64,000 nucleotides of DNA from Euglena gracilis (taxonomy: Eukaryota). The stretch lies in the NCBI GenBank assembly GCA_039621445.1, contig CP154954.1, positions 38,611,703-38,675,702 on the forward strand. The letters run 5' to 3'. A program made the position numbers and the translations under genes. The notes below the pieces were generated by a model, which had not been told where the DNA came from, did no database searches, and saw only the letters and a program-made list of their open reading frames with translations. Below, in pieces: positions 60,901-64,000 of this stretch (positions are counted from its first letter, which is position 1; each line of letters opens with the position of its first letter).

Positions 60901-63717
60901 AAAACTATTCTGTGTCGCAAGGCACCAATTGCATGCTCCACCTCCCCGGCACAGCCCTGGGGCTGACCACCAAACCGGACTGGCCCGCCCCCGCCCAGAC
61001 CTACCCCTGGGCCAAGGTGGTGCAGGAGGGGTGGCCGACCATCCGCGCCGAGCTTGAGGAGGTGTGCCTGGGTGCAGGGGGCGCGTGCCACCACGGCACT
61101 GGTTCCGTGATTCCATTGGGTTGGGCTTGGCAGGAGGAAAACTTGACCTGGACAAATTTGTGCAGTTAATACTGCCCAAATATGTTTGGATAGTTTCTAA
61201 AATTGCCCAAACTTGCTTTGTTTATTTCAAGCATGTGAAATGCCAAACACCAAATGCACACCCTCCAAATAATTTTGCTCCCCTGAGAAGTTGGTGGGCC
61301 GATCTCATTTGGGCAGTGTTTAAAACCATTGACAAACCAATTTTCCATTTTCAATAAGAGTGATTTTGTGTCAAATGCTCTACTTACCAAGTATTTTATC
61401 TGATTCGACATCTCTGTTCACTGGACGACAAAACATTGCATTTCGAACGATTTGTTTGTGTTTACCGCCTGGGCATTTTACAGAAATGTGCATCGTTTTT
61501 CATGTTGTTGCTTGTGGGGGGGGCACTGTCATTTGGACGGACAACCATGAGCATGAGTTATTGACCGATGAGGGGTCCCAGGTTCACTTCTGCACAAATT
61601 TTTCCTTTTCTTTTGTGCAAGCACCGTTATTTGCATTTTTTTTTAAGACAGTGCCTGCAGATGACACTTGGATGCCCCCCCCCCGTGTCCAACAAGCATC
61701 CATTGTCTGGACAGTTTTCCCTGTCCATTCCGTGTTTGCAGTGAATGGGTGGCTTTTGTCTGTATGGCCAAAATGGTATTTTTGAGGGTTTTTTTTAGGG
61801 TTTTACCTGAATTTTTTTTGACTGAATACCAGCTGGCTTTGAGCTGTTTGCTTTTTTCAAGTTTCTTCCGGTCGGCAGGTCGGCAGCCTGCTGCCCCGCC
61901 CCCCCCCCAAAGCGTGGGGTCCATTTTTCTGGCCAGCTGCCCCTAGTGTGGTTTTTCGACCCCCCCCCCCTCGCAGGTACCCTTGAGAAATTCTCTGAAT
62001 TTCGACCTTGCCATTGTTGAGAGGGACGGGGGTGTCGCCCACCCCCACCCCTTGCATCGCCCAGTGCCCCTGCCAAAACCGTTGTGTGTGTCGGTGTCGG
62101 TCGATTTTTGCACACAAAATAGAACTCCAGTTGGCCCCACTTTTCATTTGCGACTGTCGAATTTGCCCGCCAATTGCATGTTTTCAGTATCAACATCTGA
62201 ACAAAATTCATGTTACAATTAGTTGCACCATCAACAATTTTCCCCAGAGGGGGGAGTTTTCCCAAGTCCTGGCCAGAACTGAAGTAACCTGGGGAGCTTT
62301 TGAAGGAATTTAGATACAACAGCTTTTTTTGCAGTTTTTGTGTGTTTTTTTTGTCGCATTTTTCGAGGGTCCCCATTCAGCCCCCCCCCGGGTGTCCCCC
62401 CTTCGCCCATCCCCAGGCCATCCGCCTGGGGGACGAGGGGCTGAAGGCGAAGGGCTCAGTCAGCTGGATGGGGGCGCAGGGCGGCGCCGACTCCTACGGC
62501 ACTGAATGGAAGACCCTGGGCCTGTGCGACCGGGGCTACTGGGGCCATGCCGCATGGTGGCGTGGCGGCCACCCCGACCGCGCCGGTACCCCTTGGTCGG
62601 CTCACCTGGCCCTGTGGGGAAACGCTCACACGCCCGTCAAACTGGAAAAGGATTGGGGGTTCCCATTATGTTCCCCGGGACAGTTATTCGAGTGTGCCGG
62701 CCGGATTAGTGCTGAAGAGTGTGAAAAACGTGCGGATGTCACAAAACTTGCAATTTTTTGAATGAATCTGGATGGGTGGTCAGGGACCCCAAATGTGGTA
62801 CCCCTTGTCACGGTGGTCTGCGGGGGGGGGGGGGGCATGGGTCGACCCCACACGCGTGAGGGCTGTTGCGGAGCTTCTTTGCTGAGGGGGCGGTTGGAAC
62901 GAACCCGCTGGGGGCGCAACAAATTGGGGCTTGTGGCGGGAGGCCCACCCTGGGGGCCATCCGGCATGCCTTCGACGATGACAACACCCGGCTGTTCAAG
63001 AACACGTGCCGCATCCTTCGCAAATCGAGGTGCGCTGAGTGGGTTTGGTTGCTCCGGTACCACCCCGGAGTTGGATTGTTCTCGCGATGCCAAGGTGGAT
63101 CGTTTGCTGTTCTCTTGATTGAGAGTTTTCTGGTTTCGCTGCACATCTTCATTAAGATCTGTTCGTTGGCTGTGCCACTAGGTTGCCCCCCCCCCACCCC
63201 CGGAGAGAGAAGGGGACCCCCCACCCTTGAGGTGGTCTGGGCGGGTTGGTGTGCCTGGGCCTGGACCTCGGGGGGCGGGGGCTTGGGTATGGGTTTCGGC
63301 ACGAAGCGCCAGAAATTTTTTGGGAACGTTTTCAGACGGCCCAATGTTTTTTGGTGCCCCCCCCCCCCTTGGGGTGTCCTGCACTGGGCTTGGTGGGTTG
63401 CCTGGAACCCCCGGAGGGGCCGTAAAAAAAGGAAGTCCGATCAGGTCCCCAAACGTTCTGCAAGGCTGGGAAATGATGTTTCCGTCGGGGCAGTGGTGCG
63501 TTGAGGCATACGCTGGGCCACCAACGCCCCTGCCCCGCGCGGTGCGGGCTGCGCGGCCCAGGGCCCCCATCATGGAGTGCTTCTTCGCCAAGATGCCGGC
63601 GCACACGGCCATCAAGCCCCACTCCGACTACACCAATTTCGTCCTGACCTGCCACCTCGGCCTGAAGACCCCACCGAAGAGCCACATCGCCTGCGGGGAT
63701 GCCCGCCATGAGTGGAG
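55169..63717 (+). CDS. Aspartyl/asparaginyl beta-hydroxylase-family 2OG-Fe(II) dioxygenase with bipartite plastid-targeting-like presequence; 3' end beyond window
   Basis: Phase-consistent exons 55169-55308, 55846-55996, 56850-56922, 57665-57730, 59210-59316, 60702-60784, 60965-61061, 62417-62542, 62974-63029, 63562-63717. Motifs YIAGLTTKPDW...YPWAKVV...WPTIRAELEE, YGTEWKTLGLCDRGYWDDDN, and ECFFAKMPAHTAIKPHSDYTNFVLTCHLGL (HxD iron-binding motif typical of the Asp_Arg_Hydrox family). Confidence 0.85.
55309..55845 (+). other. Non-canonical hairpin intron (ends uncertain by 3 nt)
   Basis: CATCAGTG...CACTGATG stem; in-frame join QRMP|TEHF; no in-frame GT-AG solution seen at this junction. Confidence 0.6.
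56923..57664 (+). other. Non-canonical hairpin intron, 742 nt
   Basis: G|gacaATGCCA...TGGCATggcggt|GA; join AVAFVWG|YLLGRKR completes a transmembrane segment. Confidence 0.6.
57018..57447 (+). mobile_element. hAT-like MITE family A (inside a non-canonical intron)
   Basis: TIR CAGGCTTTTGCTTAAGG; perfect TSD CATGCAAT. Confidence 0.95.
57750..57950. repeat. (TTTA)n microsatellite
   Basis: Directly visible, intronic. Confidence 0.95.
60785..60964 (+). other. Non-canonical CAG...CTG hairpin intron, 180 nt
   Basis: T|ggcCAGGACT...AGCCCTGgggct|G; join YIAGL|TTKPDW. Confidence 0.8.
62543..62973 (+). other. Non-canonical CAT...ATG hairpin intron, 431 nt
   Basis: G|ggcCATGCCGCATGG...CCATCCGGCATGccttc|G; 11/12-bp stem; join DRGYW|DDDNTRLF. 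Confidence 0.85.
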
Positions 63718-64000
63718 GTGCGCGCACAATTTTGATGCTATCGTCCCAAGAATTTCAATTTATGGTCGAAGTTCGTCTTTATATTTATCCTGCAAGCTGT
63801 CAGTTGCCACCATGGTTGTTGAAATGAGAGAGAACTCCCAAGGCCCACCATGCAGGAACCGGAATGCAAACGTTTTTTTTTTGTGTGTGCGTTTTTTTCA
63901 TGCTTTTTGGGGTTTTTTTTGTTTTGTGTTCCTGCTTTGCTCGGAGTTTTTCCGACCCGCAAAAATTCTACCTTTTTGGTCCTGATATTTTCCCGAGACT

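Overview
Eukaryotic, very repeat-rich DNA, most likely from a photosynthetic euglenid (inferred from GTGYG splice donors, stem-loop non-GT-AG introns, a euglenozoan-type phosphatase and a two-TM plastid presequence). The first ~29 kb has no clear host gene. It is a stack of nested miniature inverted-repeat elements (MITEs) with 8-, 5-, 3- and TA-type target duplications, plus one near-intact Merlin (IS1595/ISXO2-like) DDE transposon at 26525-27795. Two multi-exon + strand genes follow: a dual-specificity-phosphatase-like protein with Ser in place of the catalytic Cys (~29295-51831), and a probably plastid-targeted aspartyl/asparaginyl beta-hydroxylase-like 2OG dioxygenase (55169 to beyond the window end). 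Both mix canonical GT-AG introns with at least six candidate non-canonical hairpin introns whose ends pair in a fixed +4/-6 register. The main observation is that this 3+5 nt register equals the 8-bp target-site duplication (TSD) of the abundant CAG...CTG / CAT...ATG hAT-like MITEs in the same window, and one intron (60785-60964) still has a degenerate 8-bp duplication. This suggests these MITEs create introns. The Merlin transposase itself also appears to be split by two hairpin intervening sequences. All gene models were made by eye, without transcript data.
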